Source of the DNA: Basidiobolus meristosporus CBS 931.73
Lineage: Eukaryota; Fungi; Basidiobolomycota
DNA length: 54,113 bases
NCBI GenBank assembly: GCA_002104905.1
Contig: MCFE01000604.1
Coordinates: 1 to 54,113, forward strand
Reading direction: 5' to 3'
Numbering within the stretch: position 1 is the stretch's first letter; each line of letters begins with the position of its first letter. The position numbers were made by a program, and so were the translations under genes. Shown one piece after another: positions 1-13,581 of this stretch. The notes beneath the pieces are model-generated. The model ran no database searches and was not told where the DNA came from. It saw nothing but the letters and a program-made list of their open reading frames with translations.

Positions 1-1861
1 CTATTTTTAAGGTATACAGCAATGGCAACTGATTCCACCCAAAATTATAGGATAACTTTTGATCATGGATCATAAATCTTGCCATATCAATTATTGATCT
101 GTTAGCACGTTCTGTTACTCCATTTTGCTGTGGGGAGTATGGTACAGTGGTCTCTTGCTTTATTCCACGATTTTTTGCAGAAGTGAATGAAGAGTTTTGA
201 GGTATATTCTCCACCATTGTCAGAGCATATTTCTTGATTTTTTCACCAGTTTCTCTCTCCACCATGGCTTTAAACTCCCTGAACTTAGACAGAGCTTCTT
301 CCTTTCTCTCCATGAAGTAGACCCATGTGTATCTTGTATAATCATCAATAAAAGTGATTAAATTCTTCATCCTGCCTAAGGATAAATTTTGCATAGGTCC
401 ACACAGATCTGAGTGAGTTAGATCTAATTTTTTATTGGTTTTGACTCACCCAGAGCTCTTGAACAGTTGTCTGGCTTGTTTCCCATATATACAGGCTTCA
501 CAGTGCTCCAAATTAGCCGGGATCAATTTTCACTCCAGAAATTAGCTGATCTTAAATCATTTTACGCAAATAAGCAAAATTGATGTGTCCAAATCTCCTG
601 TGCCGAAGCATTGGTGTTTCTTCATTTAAGTTAGTTATACTGGCTTCCAGATATGATGCAACTTAAGTCAAATTGTATAGAATCTGATCTCTGATGCCTG
701 AAGCAATATGAGCACCATTTGATCAGTGATCCTGCATCCAGAGTTGTCAAAACTGGAACTGAGTCCTTCTGCTGTGGCCTTGCTTACAGAGAGTAGGTTC
801 TTGGCTATTTCTGGTACATAGCATACTTCTTTGAAGGTCAGTGTATGGCTTCCTGCACTGCTTCTAAGGTTTACCTGGATAGTTCCTTCTCCCACTGCAT
901 CAAGTGTTCTATTGTCACCCATGAAAACCTTCTCAATTGGAATTTCTTGATATTGGGTAAAAAGTTCTTTTTGGTGTGCAAAGTGTTGAGATGCTCCAGA
1001 GTCAATATACCACATCTGAGAATCCTTGTTTGTGGTCATATTTAGTGCAGATATGAATAGTCTATCTTCAGTTGTTGCAGCATTTCCATATTCAGGCTTC
1101 TTTTGCTGATTATATTTCTTTTTGAGACACAAGTCTGATATGTGTCCTTTCCTTTTGCAGTAGTTACAAAACAGGTTGCTGTTACCTTTGTAGGGTCTTG
1201 GGTACCTCCTTTATTGGTTATCATTGCTTATTAAAGCATTCTCTTCTTCCTTCTTATTAGCGCTTGATTTTCTTAATTCTTCATCCAGGAGCCTTTCATA
1301 TACAAAAATTAAAGTCAAATCTTCAGCTCTGGACTCTAGGGCTAATACAAGGCCCTGAAACATGTCTGTCAGGCTATTCAGGATGGTAACTATCACATCC
1401 TCATCAGTAGTTGGTACACCCACAGATTCCATCTCTTCTACCAGCAGGGTAATTCTGTTAATTAGATTTTTCATTTCTTCTCCTGGCAGCATCATTGTAG
1501 TAAAGAATTTTTGTCTCAGATACATTTTCTTAGCAGCTGAACATGACTGGTAGGTGTCTTCTAATGCCTTCCAGGCATTCTTTGCCATTTTTGCTCTTGA
1601 CCATTGAATTAGCAATTTGTCTTTAACATTACGGCAAATGCAGTTAAAGGCACTTTGTTCTTTCTTCTGGTACTTTAAGGCTTCCTCTCCCACGTCTTTA
1701 GGAGGACATTCTTCTCCCATGATTATATCCCAAAGGCCTCTTTCTTGTAGCAGCATCTTCATCTTCACCTTCCACACTTGGTAGTTAGATCCATCCAACT
1801 TTTCAGCAGAGGGAAAAATTCCAATAATAGCAGTAGTAGACATTGCAGAGAGTGACAGCTT

Positions 1862-1874
1862 GGGGCTCATAACC
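1862..1874 (-). promoter_or_regulatory. Primer-binding site GGTTATGAGCCCC (copia/Ty5 half-tRNA-iMet type)
   Basis: Abuts the LTR with no spacer; the same motif recurs at 13934-13946, 18075-18087 and 45675-45686, and degenerate at ~30105-30117 and ~40375-40387. Confidence 0.85.
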
Positions 1875-2223
1875 TGTTGTAGGAGTCTTGGAGATATTGG
1901 AAGTAATTGGGAGGACAAGTAGATTACATGGTTTTTGCTTAATGATTTATTGAATGTAAAAGTAGTATTTATACTTTTCCTTGGTCTTAGCATTACAAAC
2001 ACATAGAATAGGTTAAGGAAGGTCCCAAGAACATGTGTGCAAAGTTTGGGGTAGTTTGGACAACTTTGAGAATTTTCATGTTCTGGGTACCTGGTATTTT
2101 GGTGGAAATATTCTAAGTAAATCCCAACAAGGAATTTGGTCAGTATTCACTAGGATTTGAAGGTGATGATGTATGTGACTAAGTTACGTGAATATTTAAG
2201 TGGAAATACTAATTTTTACAACA
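1875..2223 (-). repeat. 5' LTR of copia A1 (349 bp, TGTTG...CAACA)
   Basis: Matches the LTRs at 4542-4891, 41351-41699 and 45687-46035; directly followed on the minus strand by GGTTATGAGCCCC. Confidence 0.95.
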
Positions 2224-4891
2224 GAATATACCTCAAAACTCTTCATCCACTTCTGCAAAATTCATAGGATAAAGCAAGAAACTACTGTACCATAATCCCC
2301 ACAGCAAAATGGAGTAGCAGAATGTGCTAACAGATCAAAAATTGATATGGCAAGATATATGATCCATGATCAAAAATTATCCTATGATTTTTGGGTGGAA
2401 TCAGTTGCCACAGCTGTATACCTTAAGAATAGGAGTTACAATAGAATACTTTGTAATTCTACTCCATTTGAAGCATGGTATGGATACAGACCAAGTGCAG
2501 AACATCTAAGAATAGTTGGGTGTACAGCATATGCCAAAAAAACCGGCTGGAAATCAGTCAAAATTTGAGCCAAAAAGTGTCAAATGCATATTTTTGGGCT
2601 ATTGCAATGAGAGTAAGGCATACAGACTCTACAATACCAAAGCAAAGAAGCTGATCAAGTCCAGGGATGTGTTGTCTGATGAAAATTTAAAATTTTCCCC
2701 AAAAATGACATCGGATTATGACAAAAATCTGATCCCAAGTCCACCAATTGTCAGGATTGAATCAGAGCAAAACAATGAGAATTTTTTCACTCCAGAGGAC
2801 TCTACAACTGCAGTTCAGCCAGAATCAGTGCCCAGGAATATCTCAGAAGTGATCATTCCAGTATCAAATGCCTGGAGATCCAATTGGACAAGAAATAGCC
2901 CAAATTACTATATCAATGAGGGTACAAACTTAGCCTATGCCTATTCAGTCCATATTGATGAACCCCAGACTGTAAAAGAGGCCCTAAAGAGCCCTCAGAC
3001 AAAGTTTTGGAGATCTGCAATGACTGAGGAATATCAGGCCCTGATGGAATATCCAACTTGGGACTTAATCAAATTACCAATTAACCAAAAATCAATTGGA
3101 TGCAGATGGGTCTTCAAGACAAAATACAAGGCTGATGGTACAGTTGAAAGATACAAAGCAAGACTTGTAGCCAAAGGATACTCTCAAACACAAGGACTTG
3201 ACTATACTGAGACCTTTGCACTGGTAGCCAAGTTTAATTCCATCAGATTAATATTGGCTATTGCAGCCAAATATAAGTTTGTTATTCATCAAATGGATGT
3301 AAAAACTGCATTTTTGAATGGAGAACTTGATGAGTATGTGTATATGGACCAGCCTGATGGGTTTGTTGTCCAAGATAACCTCCATTTGGTCTGCAAGCTT
3401 AAAAAGTCACTACATGGTCTCAAACAATGACCAAGAGCCTAGAGTTGCAAGATAGATTCTTATTTGGAATCTTTGAGTTTCAAAAGGAGTAATGCTGGCT
3501 ATAGTATGTATTATAAGCCAGATAGAGCAAATCCAGTTCTACTAGCTCTATATGTGGATGATCTTATTATAGCCACCAATAACCTAGAAACATTGGAAGA
3601 GACTAAATCCAGCCTATCAAAGGAGTTCAAGATGTTTGATCTAGGAGAACATAGTTACTACTTAGGGATTAAGCTCTCCATAGACAGAAGTACCCAGACT
3701 ATCACCCTAAGCCAATCCAAGTATATTCAAGATATACTAAAGAAGTACCAAATGGAAGACTGTAAATTGGCAGCTACCCCAATGGACACAAACCTTAACT
3801 TGATCAAAACTCAACCAAATCAAGAGAGCTTGGTACCATCTGAAAGCCCTGACTTTCCTTATCAATCTATGGTCAGCAGTCTGATGTATATCATGCTTGG
3901 AACACGTCCAGGTATCTCATATTCAGTGGGAGTTGTCAGCCAACATTATCAGAACTATAGATCTGATCATATTGCAGCAGTTAAGCGGATTTTTAGATAC
4001 CTAAAAGGAACTGCTAATATCTGCGTAAGATACACTCATAAGAACTCAGAACAGGATCTTGTGGGATACTCTGATGCTGATTGGGGACAAAATCTAGAAG
4101 ACAGAAGATCCACCACAGGATGCACCTTTCTTTACTGTAAAGGAGCATTTCATGGAATTCAAGAAAGCAACCAACCGTAGCACTCTCTACCACAGAGGCA
4201 GAAAATATGGCATCCTGTGAAGCTACAAAAGAAGCAATGTGGTTAAGAAAACTTTTTACAGATTTAGGCCTATGTCAAAAAACACCTATTGCTTTATTTC
4301 AAGATAATCAAAGATGTATACAATTAGGTAGAAATCCAACTTTTCATGCTGGAACCAAGCACATAGATATTAGACATCATTTCATACGTGAAGCTATAGA
4401 GAATAACTTAGCTAGCTTATTTTACTGTCCTACAGATGAAATGATTGCAGACATATTTACCAAACCATTAGCCAGAGACAAGTTTGAATGTCTTAGGTCA
4501 AAATTAGGACTAGTTAGTATGAACATTTAGCTGAGTGGGAATGTTGTAAAAATTTGTATTTCCACCTAAATATTCACCTAACTTAGTCACTTACATCATC
4601 ACCTTCAAGTTCTGGAGAATACTGACCAAAATTCCTTGTTGGGATTTACTTAGAATATTTTTGCCAAAATACCAGGTACCCAGAACATGAAAATTCTCAA
4701 AGTTGTCCAAACAGCCCCAATCTTTGCACACATGTTCTTGGGATCTTCCTTAACCTATTTCATGTGTTTGTTATGCCAAGACCAGGGAAAAGTATAAATA
4801 CTACTTTCACATTCAATAAATCATTAAGTGAAAGCCACATAATCACTTGTTCTCCCAAATCACTTCCAATATTTCCAAGACTCTTACAACA
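2224..4891 (+). mobile_element. Ty1/copia family A copy A0, 3' half (integrase C-term, RT, RNase H, PPT, 3' LTR)
   Basis: ORFs 2347-2568, 2516-3430 (YKARLVAKGY, QMDVKTAFLNG), 3464-4180 (LYVDD, GYSDADWG), 4207-4530 (TKHIDIRHHF, ADIFTK); PPT GCTGAGTGGGAA at 4530-4541; LTR 4542-4891. Begins mid-integrase (GG/EYTSKLF) exactly where the A1 LTR ends. Confidence 0.95.
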
Positions 4892-5170
4892 GTTCTGACT
4901 TTGAAGGCTTTAGTACATTGTCATCTCAAAGGATGCTGAATCCAGCACATACTTTTGTTAAGACGCCAACTAAGTTGGGGATTGTAGCTTAATAGTTTTC
5001 CCTTGACAAGCTTGTGGCTTTATTCCCCTTCACATTAGATTAGAGACAGAACCCAAGCATTCCTAGCAAGCTTTTGCCAGAGGTTATTGCACCCAGTGAA
5101 CACCCCACACTCAAAACACTTGCAAAGTGTGGACATATCTCTCTCTTGGACTTATACACCACCACATATT

Positions 5171-5188
5171 TGGCACCTAATGTGGGGG
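5171..5188 (+). promoter_or_regulatory. Gypsy PBS, tRNA-Lys(CUU)-like, partly deaminated
   Basis: TGGCACCTAATGTGGGGG, 4 nt after the LTR end, resembles the Lys1,2 PBS TGGCGCCCAACGTGGGGC; three of four differences are C>T/G>A. Confidence 0.6.
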
Positions 5189-5306
5189 GTTCATACAAGC
5201 TCCCTAAGACCCAACAAGACTTACCTGAAGATTTGAGCTGTTATCCACTTATTGAAACAAGACTACCAATATTATCAAGATTACAACACCAACCTACCTG
5301 CCCAAA

Positions 5307-7042
5307 ATGAATTCTATGCCATTACCACTCTCACATGGAGCCCCACAGTTTGATGGAAAGAACGTGGAAAGCTTTATATTCAAGTGGGAGAAGCTCTGCA
5401 AGATGTGCAGCCTATCTGAACAAGAAATGGCTGAAGACTTCCCCTACTACTGCAGCAATGATATTACCACTAAGCTTCTCAGACAAGGAGACATTCTTAC
5501 TGACTGGGCCTTAATGAAGACATACCTACAGACCAAGTATGGTAGACCCCAGATATACTATGGAATTGAAGACCTTGGACACTTTGGTAGGACTGGACTT
5601 TCCAAGCTACCACTTGAAGAGTTCATTCAACAGTATGAAGATATGGCCAAGCCACTCCTAGAGTCCCAGACTATAACTGAGTTTACCATGACACTTTACC
5701 TTGCACAAGGGCTTCCTCAGGACTTGGCAAGGAAAGTTGAATTACATGCAGACAAGGATGACAAGTCTGGCATCCCTTGCCTTGCAGATATGAAACGTGT
5801 TCTCCTAGAGGTAAAGCAAACTTCCACCTTTATCAGACTCCTGACATCTAATCTGCCAGACCAGTCAACCAAGGAGTCAAGGAGTGCTGTTGCTGACAAT
5901 CAGACCTACACTACCAACAGAATTGACCAACTTGCTGAACAGCTACAAAAGCTAGCCCTCAAGATTAATGGCTCAGCTGAGGTTGCTACTGAGGGTCAAA
6001 GACCTTTGCCCAGACACTGCATCTGGTGTGACTCTACTCAACATGCCAGACAAGAATGCTCAGAGCTTAGTCAGCTACTCAGAGAAGGAGCAGTACAGTT
6101 TGATGCTGATGGAATGCTTGCTGACAAGGAAGGAAGAAGGATTCCCACTAATTTCCAAAGAGGAGGGATGAGAGCCCTTTTTCAGAAGTCTGACTCAGCA
6201 ACCAGAAAGATTACTGCTGATGCCCCTACTGGGACTCATACAGTGAATCCAAACAACCCTGACAGCAAACAATACAAAGTTGATGCCTTTGTTACCAAAA
6301 GACACCTCCCTGAAGAACCTGCCAAACCCATCCTTAGAAGACCATGATTTGAAGAACCTGAAGCTGTTATTGACAAGAGGCCTAGTATGCTGCCCACCCA
6401 AGATCCATTGCCTCACCTTTGATGACCTCAAAGATAGCAAGCTACTCAAGCCCTCAACTGATTACTGAGAAGCTGCTGAAGCAGAACCTCACTTTGTTGG
6501 TTGGAGAAATCATTAGTGTATCCCCATCTGTTAGGAAGACCTTTGATGAGCAGCTTAGAACAAGACAACAAGCTGTTGAACATATGGATACCCATATAAT
6601 TCAGACAAACCATGAAGACCACCAAAAGGATGACAACACTACTGAATATAAGACCTTTTACTCTATTGGAACTGCTGTGGTAAAAGGGTATATATATGAT
6701 GACCCTGTTGACTGCCATATTGACAGTGGCTCAGAGATTTGTGTTATGCTGCTAGATTTCTGGAAGACACTTAGAAGCAAGGAGCTACTGCCTGTTGATA
6801 CAGATATTGGATGGAACATGACTGATGCAAACTCAGGATCTACTCCACTCTATGGTGTAGTACACAAGTTTCCTATTGAGGTACAAGGAATCAAGGTCTG
6901 GCTTCCCCTCTTCATCTGCCAGAAGGCAAACTTTGACCTTCTGCTAGGTAGACCATGGGAAACCAGTACCAAGGCTACAACTACCAACTATTTCAATGGG
7001 TCAGTATGGTACACCATACAAGGATCCAACCCAGAACTATAG
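5307..7042 (+). pseudogene. Gypsy gag + aspartic protease (disrupted)
   Basis: APQFDGKNVESF gag start, zinc knuckle CIWCDSTQHARQEC, protease motif IDSGSEIC in ORF 6419-7042; stop at 6345 and a frameshift. Confidence 0.85.
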
Positions 7043-7392
7043 TCAACCTTCTGTGGTGTAACACCCAACAATAAGAGGATGCATACTGCTTGCCAGACAA
7101 CACATCCTGTTATAGAAGAAGATGAGGAGCCTGACAATATACACCCCAACATTTGGAGCTGCTCATTAGGTATACAGGAGCAGACAACTATGGTTTAAAC
7201 AAAATACAAGACAATAGAACAGAAGATTAGACCATCACTTGCCCCTTTATTGATGGATCTTGACCTGCTGATTACATTAGACCACCAGAAGAAACACCAG
7301 AAGATATACAACTTACACCTGAGAGACTTAAGTAACTTATCATTGGTGATGGAAACCTAACACCAGAGGAGATACTATTACTTAAAGAGACC

Positions 7393-10097
7393 TTGAAAAG
7401 GCATGATAAGGGCTTCTCATATAATGTCAAGGAGATGGGACTCTTAAAGACATTGGCTGAAAAACCTATTAAGATTCATACAGTGCCCCACACACCCTGG
7501 TCATTTAAGCCTTACCCACTGCCCAGAGGACTCCAAGCTGATGTGCATGACCTACTTAAGAAGAAGATAGAAGCTGGTATCCTAGAACCTTGCCATGGAC
7601 CTTATGCTAACAGATGGTTTGTGACCAAAAAGAAGAATGGAAAGCTCCAATTCATTCAAGACATGCAACCTGCAAATGCTATCACTATCAGAGATGCTGC
7701 TATACCTCCATCTATTGATGACTTTGCAGAAAGCTTTAGTGGCCACTCCATCTACTCAACATACAATCTCTACTCAGGATATGACCAGATCCCCCTTGAT
7801 GAGACATCAAGAGATATGTTTGCACTCCAGACACCATTTGGATGGTTAAGGATGATAAGACTCAGCCAAGGGGCTACCAACTCCGTGGTTCAGTTCCAGA
7901 GATGCATGGTGAATGTGCTGTATCAGCTAATACCTGAGAAACTTGCTGTTGTTGTTGATGACATAGGCATCAAAGGACCAAAAATCCGGGACACTACTGA
8001 AGTTATGTCTGGAGTAAAAAAGTTTGTCTATGATCATATTTCAGACAATGATGCCATATTAGGAGCCATTGAAGAAGCTGGACTCACCATCAGTGGTGAG
8101 AAAAGCAGCTTTGGTGTATCAGAGATATCCATTGCTGGACAAAAATGCAACACCTTTGGTTGTTCACCTGAAGACTCCAAGACACAAAAGATATGCAACT
8201 GGCCTACCCCCACAAATCTCACACAAGCTTGTGGCAGCTTGTGGGTTCTTTAGGATCTGGATCCCAAGATTTTCTGAGATAGCAGAACCAACTTACCAAC
8301 TACAGAGAAAGAATACCCCATTTATCTGGGGAGAAGAGCAAGAAGAAGCCATGCAATTACCAAAAGAGGCCTTAGTATCTCCACCAGGTCTAAGACCTCT
8401 TGACTATCAGAACACTGAATGCCTACCTATTTTGACAGTGGATGCAAGCCCTATAGTAGCTGGAGCACTACTTGGCCAAGATGATGAAGATGGCAACTGC
8501 TATGCCTGCAGATATGAGAGCTGCCTATTCTCTCCTAGAGAACAAAGATACTCACAAATTAAGAGAGACCTACTAGGAGTTGTGAGGATGCTGAGGAAAC
8601 TGAAGTCACAACTCTACATGACACATTTCATCCTGGAAACAGATGCCAAGCCACTTATAGGAATGGTCAACAAGCCTGACCTACCTGATGATGCCACAAA
8701 CCAATGGATGGCATGGCTGAAAATGCTTGACTTTGAGGTCAGACATATCCCTGGCAAGACAAATGTTGTAGCTGATGCACTCTCCAGGAAGGGACCACAA
8801 TTATTTGAAGACTTGGACGCTCACTTTGATGATATTATTGATGCAGAGATCTGACAGATTGCCATCTAAGACCAAGAGAGAACTACCTGGAGTCTGATCA
8901 AGGATTATCTAAGGACACTTAAGAAACCTAGCTGGATGGAAACTCAGGAAGAAGGCACACCACTACTATCTCAAAGATGATCTTCTCTTTAAGCAAGTGA
9001 AGCCTGGACTTATGCCAAGAAGAGTAGTCACTACCCCACAAGAGCAACTGAACATCATGACAAGTATCCACCAAGGAGAACCAGGAGGACATAGAGGACA
9101 AGAAGCTACCTACAATGCCACAGCTCAGAGGTACTACTGGGATAACATGTATCCCAATATCCAACACTTTGTTGAGTTATGTGTAGCCTGCCAGAAGAGA
9201 TCCTCCAAGCGTTATGAAGAACCACTGCATCCTACCTACACAATCTGTCTATGGCAAAAGGTTGGTATTAACCTTGTCCACATGCCAACAGCTGGATCAA
9301 AAAAGTACCTGATTGTTGCAAGAGATGACCTTAGTGGATGGGCAGTGGCTTGAGCCTTGCCCAACAACAAGAGTCATACCATATGGAGATTTATACTTGA
9401 AGACATCATATGCATATTTGGCTGCATCCAACAGTTTGTTGCTGACAGAGGGGAGATGACATCCCAAATGATCCAGGAGTTGTGCTCAAAGTACAAGATA
9501 CACATTGCTTTTACAACAGCTTACCACCCTCAAGCCAATGGAATGACAGAGAGAGGACATGGACCATTGGTGAACTCTCTTGTCAAGACCTGTAAGAATA
9601 ACACAACACTGTGGCCACAGCAATTATATCTTGCACTCTGGGCAGATAGAATTACTACCAAGAGAACAACTGGATTATTGCCATTCAAACTACTCTATGG
9701 ACATGACTGCATACTACCAGTTGAGTTAAACACAGTCACTTGGTACTCATTGAATTGGAGATCCAATATGCAGACTGAAGACCTCCTTGCAACTTGCATA
9801 CAGCAACTTGATCACCATAACTTGAATATCAGCAGAGCTGCTGAACAACTTAAGGATACACAACTGAAGAACAAGGTGCCCATTGACAAATCACACCCAA
9901 CAAGACCAAAACCACTATCACTAGGAGACCCAGTATTACTCTATGATTCCACCTTGGACAAACAATGGAGTTGGAAGTTGGACAACAAATGGACTGGCCC
10001 CTACCTCATTTCCAAAGTGATTGGAAATGGAAGTTATTACATATCTGAGCTTGACAACACCCAGTTGAGAGCACCAGTTGCTGGAAACCAACTTTAG
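7393..10097 (+). pseudogene. Gypsy pol RT-RNase H-integrase (disrupted)
   Basis: RT YDQIPL / LSQGATNS / VVVDDIGIKG; RNase H LTVDAS, LETDAKPL, NVVADALSR; integrase H-H-C-C (IHQ..GHRG..CVAC), VADRG, YHPQANGMTER; premature TGA stops. Confidence 0.92.
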
Positions 10098-10172
10098 TTA
10101 TTCAAGCATAGGAATTTTGCACATCAAGATTAGTTTGCTCTGACCCAAGCTCAAAGCTGAGAGAGGGGTGGA

Positions 10173-11241
10173 TGTAGTGGGGTGACAGTGACACCCACTA
10201 ACAGATGTGCTAATTCCCTTATTTTCTACTTCCCTATATCTCTACTACACTTACCCATATGTCTCACCTGATCAGTACTATCCCATAAGCCGGTTGACTA
10301 CCACACCTGCTTACCTTATTGCATAAGTTACCCCTCACTTTATGTAAGATCACTAGCTATAAGTGCCTCTATATTAGGCAAGTACCCACACCAGTACCTG
10401 TAACATATGATCAACCCATGTCACCATCCCTACCATTTCCATACCGTATATGGTATCTCTATGTTACACAGGTTTCAGAATACTGATTCCTGGTTGGTTG
10501 GATGTGCTGTGCCTCTTAGAACCTTCTGGTACCTACTTAGAACATTCTTAGGTCATTCTGTTGTCATTAAGATTTCTACTGATATCCAGAACCTTCTGGA
10601 ACACCATGATTAGTAATCACTTAGCCAGTAAAAAAAGTATATGAGGGAGGCTATCCCTCAACAATAAATCATCATCCCTGTTATTAATATACTAACTTGT
10701 TGATTTGTGTGATCACTGCTACCTGCTGCTACCTGCTGCTACCTGAACTTCCAACCCCAGACCACAGGGCTCTCCCAGGAAGCCGTGCTGACAGCCAACT
10801 GACCTTGGAGGCACTACTTGTGAGGAATACTCAGAGTATGTATCTTTTATTATATTTGATTCTTTCCCAAGTTTGTTCTTGTACAGGCAAAGATACTTTT
10901 CTGTCTTTGTAGCTATTGACCACAGCTGCATTCTTATCAAGTCCCTGCTGGCGGAGTTTACAGTTGTTTTGACTTTGGAAGCTTTAGTACATTGCCATCT
11001 CAAAGGATGCTGAACCCAGCACAAACTTTTGTTAAGACGCCAATTAAGTTGGGGATTGTAGTTCAATAGTTTTCCCTTGGCAAGCTTGTGGCTTTATTCC
11101 CCTTCACATTAGATTAGAGACAGAACCCAGGTATTCCTAGCAAGCTTTTGCCAGAGGTTATTGCACCCAGTGAACACCCCACACACAAAACACTTGAGAA
11201 GTGTTGGACGTATCTCTCCCTTGGACTTATACACCACCACA
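10173..11241 (+). repeat. Gypsy 3' LTR (1069 bp, TGTAGTGG...CCACCACA)
   Basis: Follows the PPT, has imperfect terminal inverted ends, and its last 276 bp match the 5' LTR remnant. Confidence 0.9.
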
Positions 11242-13270
11242 GTGCCAATGAGAGGGAAAGAGAAAATGCTTTAACCAGCAATGATAACCAACAAAGGAGG
11301 TACCCAAGACCAAACAAAGGCAACAGCAACCTGTTTTGCAACTACTGCAAAAGGAAAGAACACACATCAGACAGGTGTCACAAAAAGAGAGATTATCAGC
11401 AAAAGAAGCCTGAGTATTGAAATGCTGCAACAACTGAAGATAGACTATTCATATCTGCACTAAATATGACCACAAACAAGGATTCTCAGATGTGGTATAT
11501 TGACTCTGGAGCATCTCAACACTTTACACACCAAAAAGAACATTTTAACAATATCAAGAAATTCCAGATAATAAGGTTTTCATGGATGATAATAGAACAC
11601 TTGATGCAGTGAGAGAAGGAACTATCCACGTAAACCTTAGAAGCAGTGAAGAAAGCCACACACTGACCTTTAAAGAAGTACTCTTTATACCAGAAATAGC
11701 CCAAATTACTATATCAATGAGGGTACAAGCTTAGCCCATGCCTATTTGGTCCATATTGGTGAGTCCCAGACTGTAAAAGAGGCCCTAAATAGCCCTCAGA
11801 CAAAGTTTGGAGATCTGCAATGGCTGAAGAATATCAGGCTCTGATGGAAAATCAAACTTGGGACTTTGTCAAAATACCATCAACTAAAAATCAGTTGGAT
11901 GCAGATGGGTCTTTAAGTCAAAGTATAAAGGTGATGGTCCAATGGAAAGATACAAAGCAAGACTTGTGGCCAAAGAATACTCTCAAACAAAAGGACTTGA
12001 CTATACTGAGACCTTTGCACCAGTTGCCAAGTTTATTTCCATCAGATTGATATTGGGTATTTGCAGCCAAAATAAATTTTTTATACATCAAATGGATGTA
12101 AAAACTGCATTTGCAAATGGAGAACTTGATGAGGACATGTATATGGACCAGCCTGATGCATTTTTTGGCCACAATAACCCCCATTTGGTCTGCAAGCTTA
12201 AAAAATCTCTTTACGGTCTCAAGCAATCACCAAGAGCCTGGAATTGCAAGATAGATTTGCATTTTTGGAATCTTTGAGTTTCAAGAGGGGTAATGCTGTC
12301 TATAGTTTATAATATAAGCCAGATAGAGCAAGTGCAGTTCTATTAGCTCTAAATGTGGATGGTTTTATTACAGCCACCAATAATGTAGCAACATTGGAGG
12401 AGACTAAATCCAGCCTATCTAAAGAGCTCAAGATGTCCAACCAAGGAGAACTCAGTTTATACTTGGGGATTAAGTTCTCCATAGACAGAAGTACCCTGAC
12501 TTTCACCCTAAGCCAATCCAAGTATATTCAAGATATACTAAAGAAGTACCAAATGGAAGACTGTAAACTGGCAGCTACCCTAATGGAGCCAAACCTTAAC
12601 TTAGTCAAACTCAATGAATTCAAGAGAGCTTGGTGCCATCTGAAAGCCCTGACTTTCCTTATCAATCTATGGTTGGTGGTCTGATGTATATCATGCTTGG
12701 AATATGTCCAGATATCTCATATTCAGTGGGAGTTGTCAACCAGCATTATCAGAACTATGGATCTGATCATATTGTAGCAGTTGAGTGGATATTTAGATAC
12801 CTAAAAGGAGCTGCTGAGATCTGCTTAAGATACACTTATAAGTACTCAGAACAGAACTTTGTGGGATACTCTGATGCTGATTAGGGACAAAACATGGAAG
12901 ACAGAAGATCTACCACAGGATACACCTTACTTTACTGTAAAGGAGCAATCTCATAGAAATCACAAAAGCAACAACCATAACCCTTTCCACCACAGAGGCA
13001 GAGTATATGGTTGCCTGTGAAGCTACAAAAAAAAACAATGTGGTTAAGAAAGCTTTGTGCAGATTTAGGCCTATGTCAAAAAACACCTATTATTTTATTT
13101 CAAGATAATCAAGGATGTATACAATTAGGTTGAAATTCAACTTTTGATGCTGGAACCAAGTACATAGATATTAGACATCACTTCATACATGAAGCTATAG
13201 AGAATAACTTAGTTTGCTTAGTATTCTGTCCTTCAGATGAAATGATTGCTGACATATTCACCAAACCATA
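11242..13270 (+). mobile_element. Degenerate copia A copy A5 (gag C-term/PR, internal deletion, RT, RNase H); target of the gypsy insertion
   Basis: Resumes in gag (ANERERENALTSNDNQQRR, CNYCKRKEH) right after the gypsy LTR; RT fragments in ORFs 11942-12277, 12355-12684 and 12630-12884. Confidence 0.9.
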
Positions 13271-13290
13271 GTTGTATATGTAACACTATA

Positions 13291-13581
13291 CCCCCTATAA
13301 AAGATATCTTGGTCCCTTAGGTGGATCCAATCCAGATCAGCCAACAGGATCCCACTATGAGGCCATTATAATGCTAGCAGCTATGAATTATTGACCCACT
13401 TGCATGGTGGGATCATGAAAGCATTTAACTGACATTACTGCCAACTAAAGCAAGAAACTTGATAGTATTTAAATAGCTCTATGGTACAAATATCATAGCA
13501 CACTCTACATCTATTGTGGCAGACCCATGCAGCCAATATATCTAATTAACTCAAATGGCAAAAATCTTGACAGTGTTTCAC
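13291..13581 (-). mobile_element. Terminal fragment of the CACTA-like element
   Basis: Starts CCCCCTATAAAAG with a GATC-rich subterminal block homologous to 22372-22470, 26960-27062, 35926-36010 and 46850-46953. Confidence 0.6.

Larger units (their letters stand above)
1..2223 (-). mobile_element. Ty1/copia family A copy A1 (5' LTR, PBS, degenerate gag-protease-integrase; continues left of the window)
   Basis: Gag ORF 1211-2002 (EKLDGSNYQVWKVKMKMLL, UBN2-type gag; ATG at 1843), protease WYIDSGASQH in ORF 668-1132, integrase DNA at the window start; frameshifts present. Confidence 0.95.
4892..11241 (+). mobile_element. Ty3/gypsy LTR retrotransposon (degenerate; 5' LTR interrupted by copia A0)
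   Basis: 3' part of the 5' LTR (4892-5166) matches 10966-11241; PBS at 5171-5188; gag-PR-RT-RH-IN order; PPT GAGAGAGGGGTGGA at 10159-10172; 3' LTR 10173-11241. Confidence 0.93.

Noticed and set aside
10716-10745. TGCTACCTG x3 micro-repeat
   Set aside because: Ordinary LTR-internal slippage repeat.
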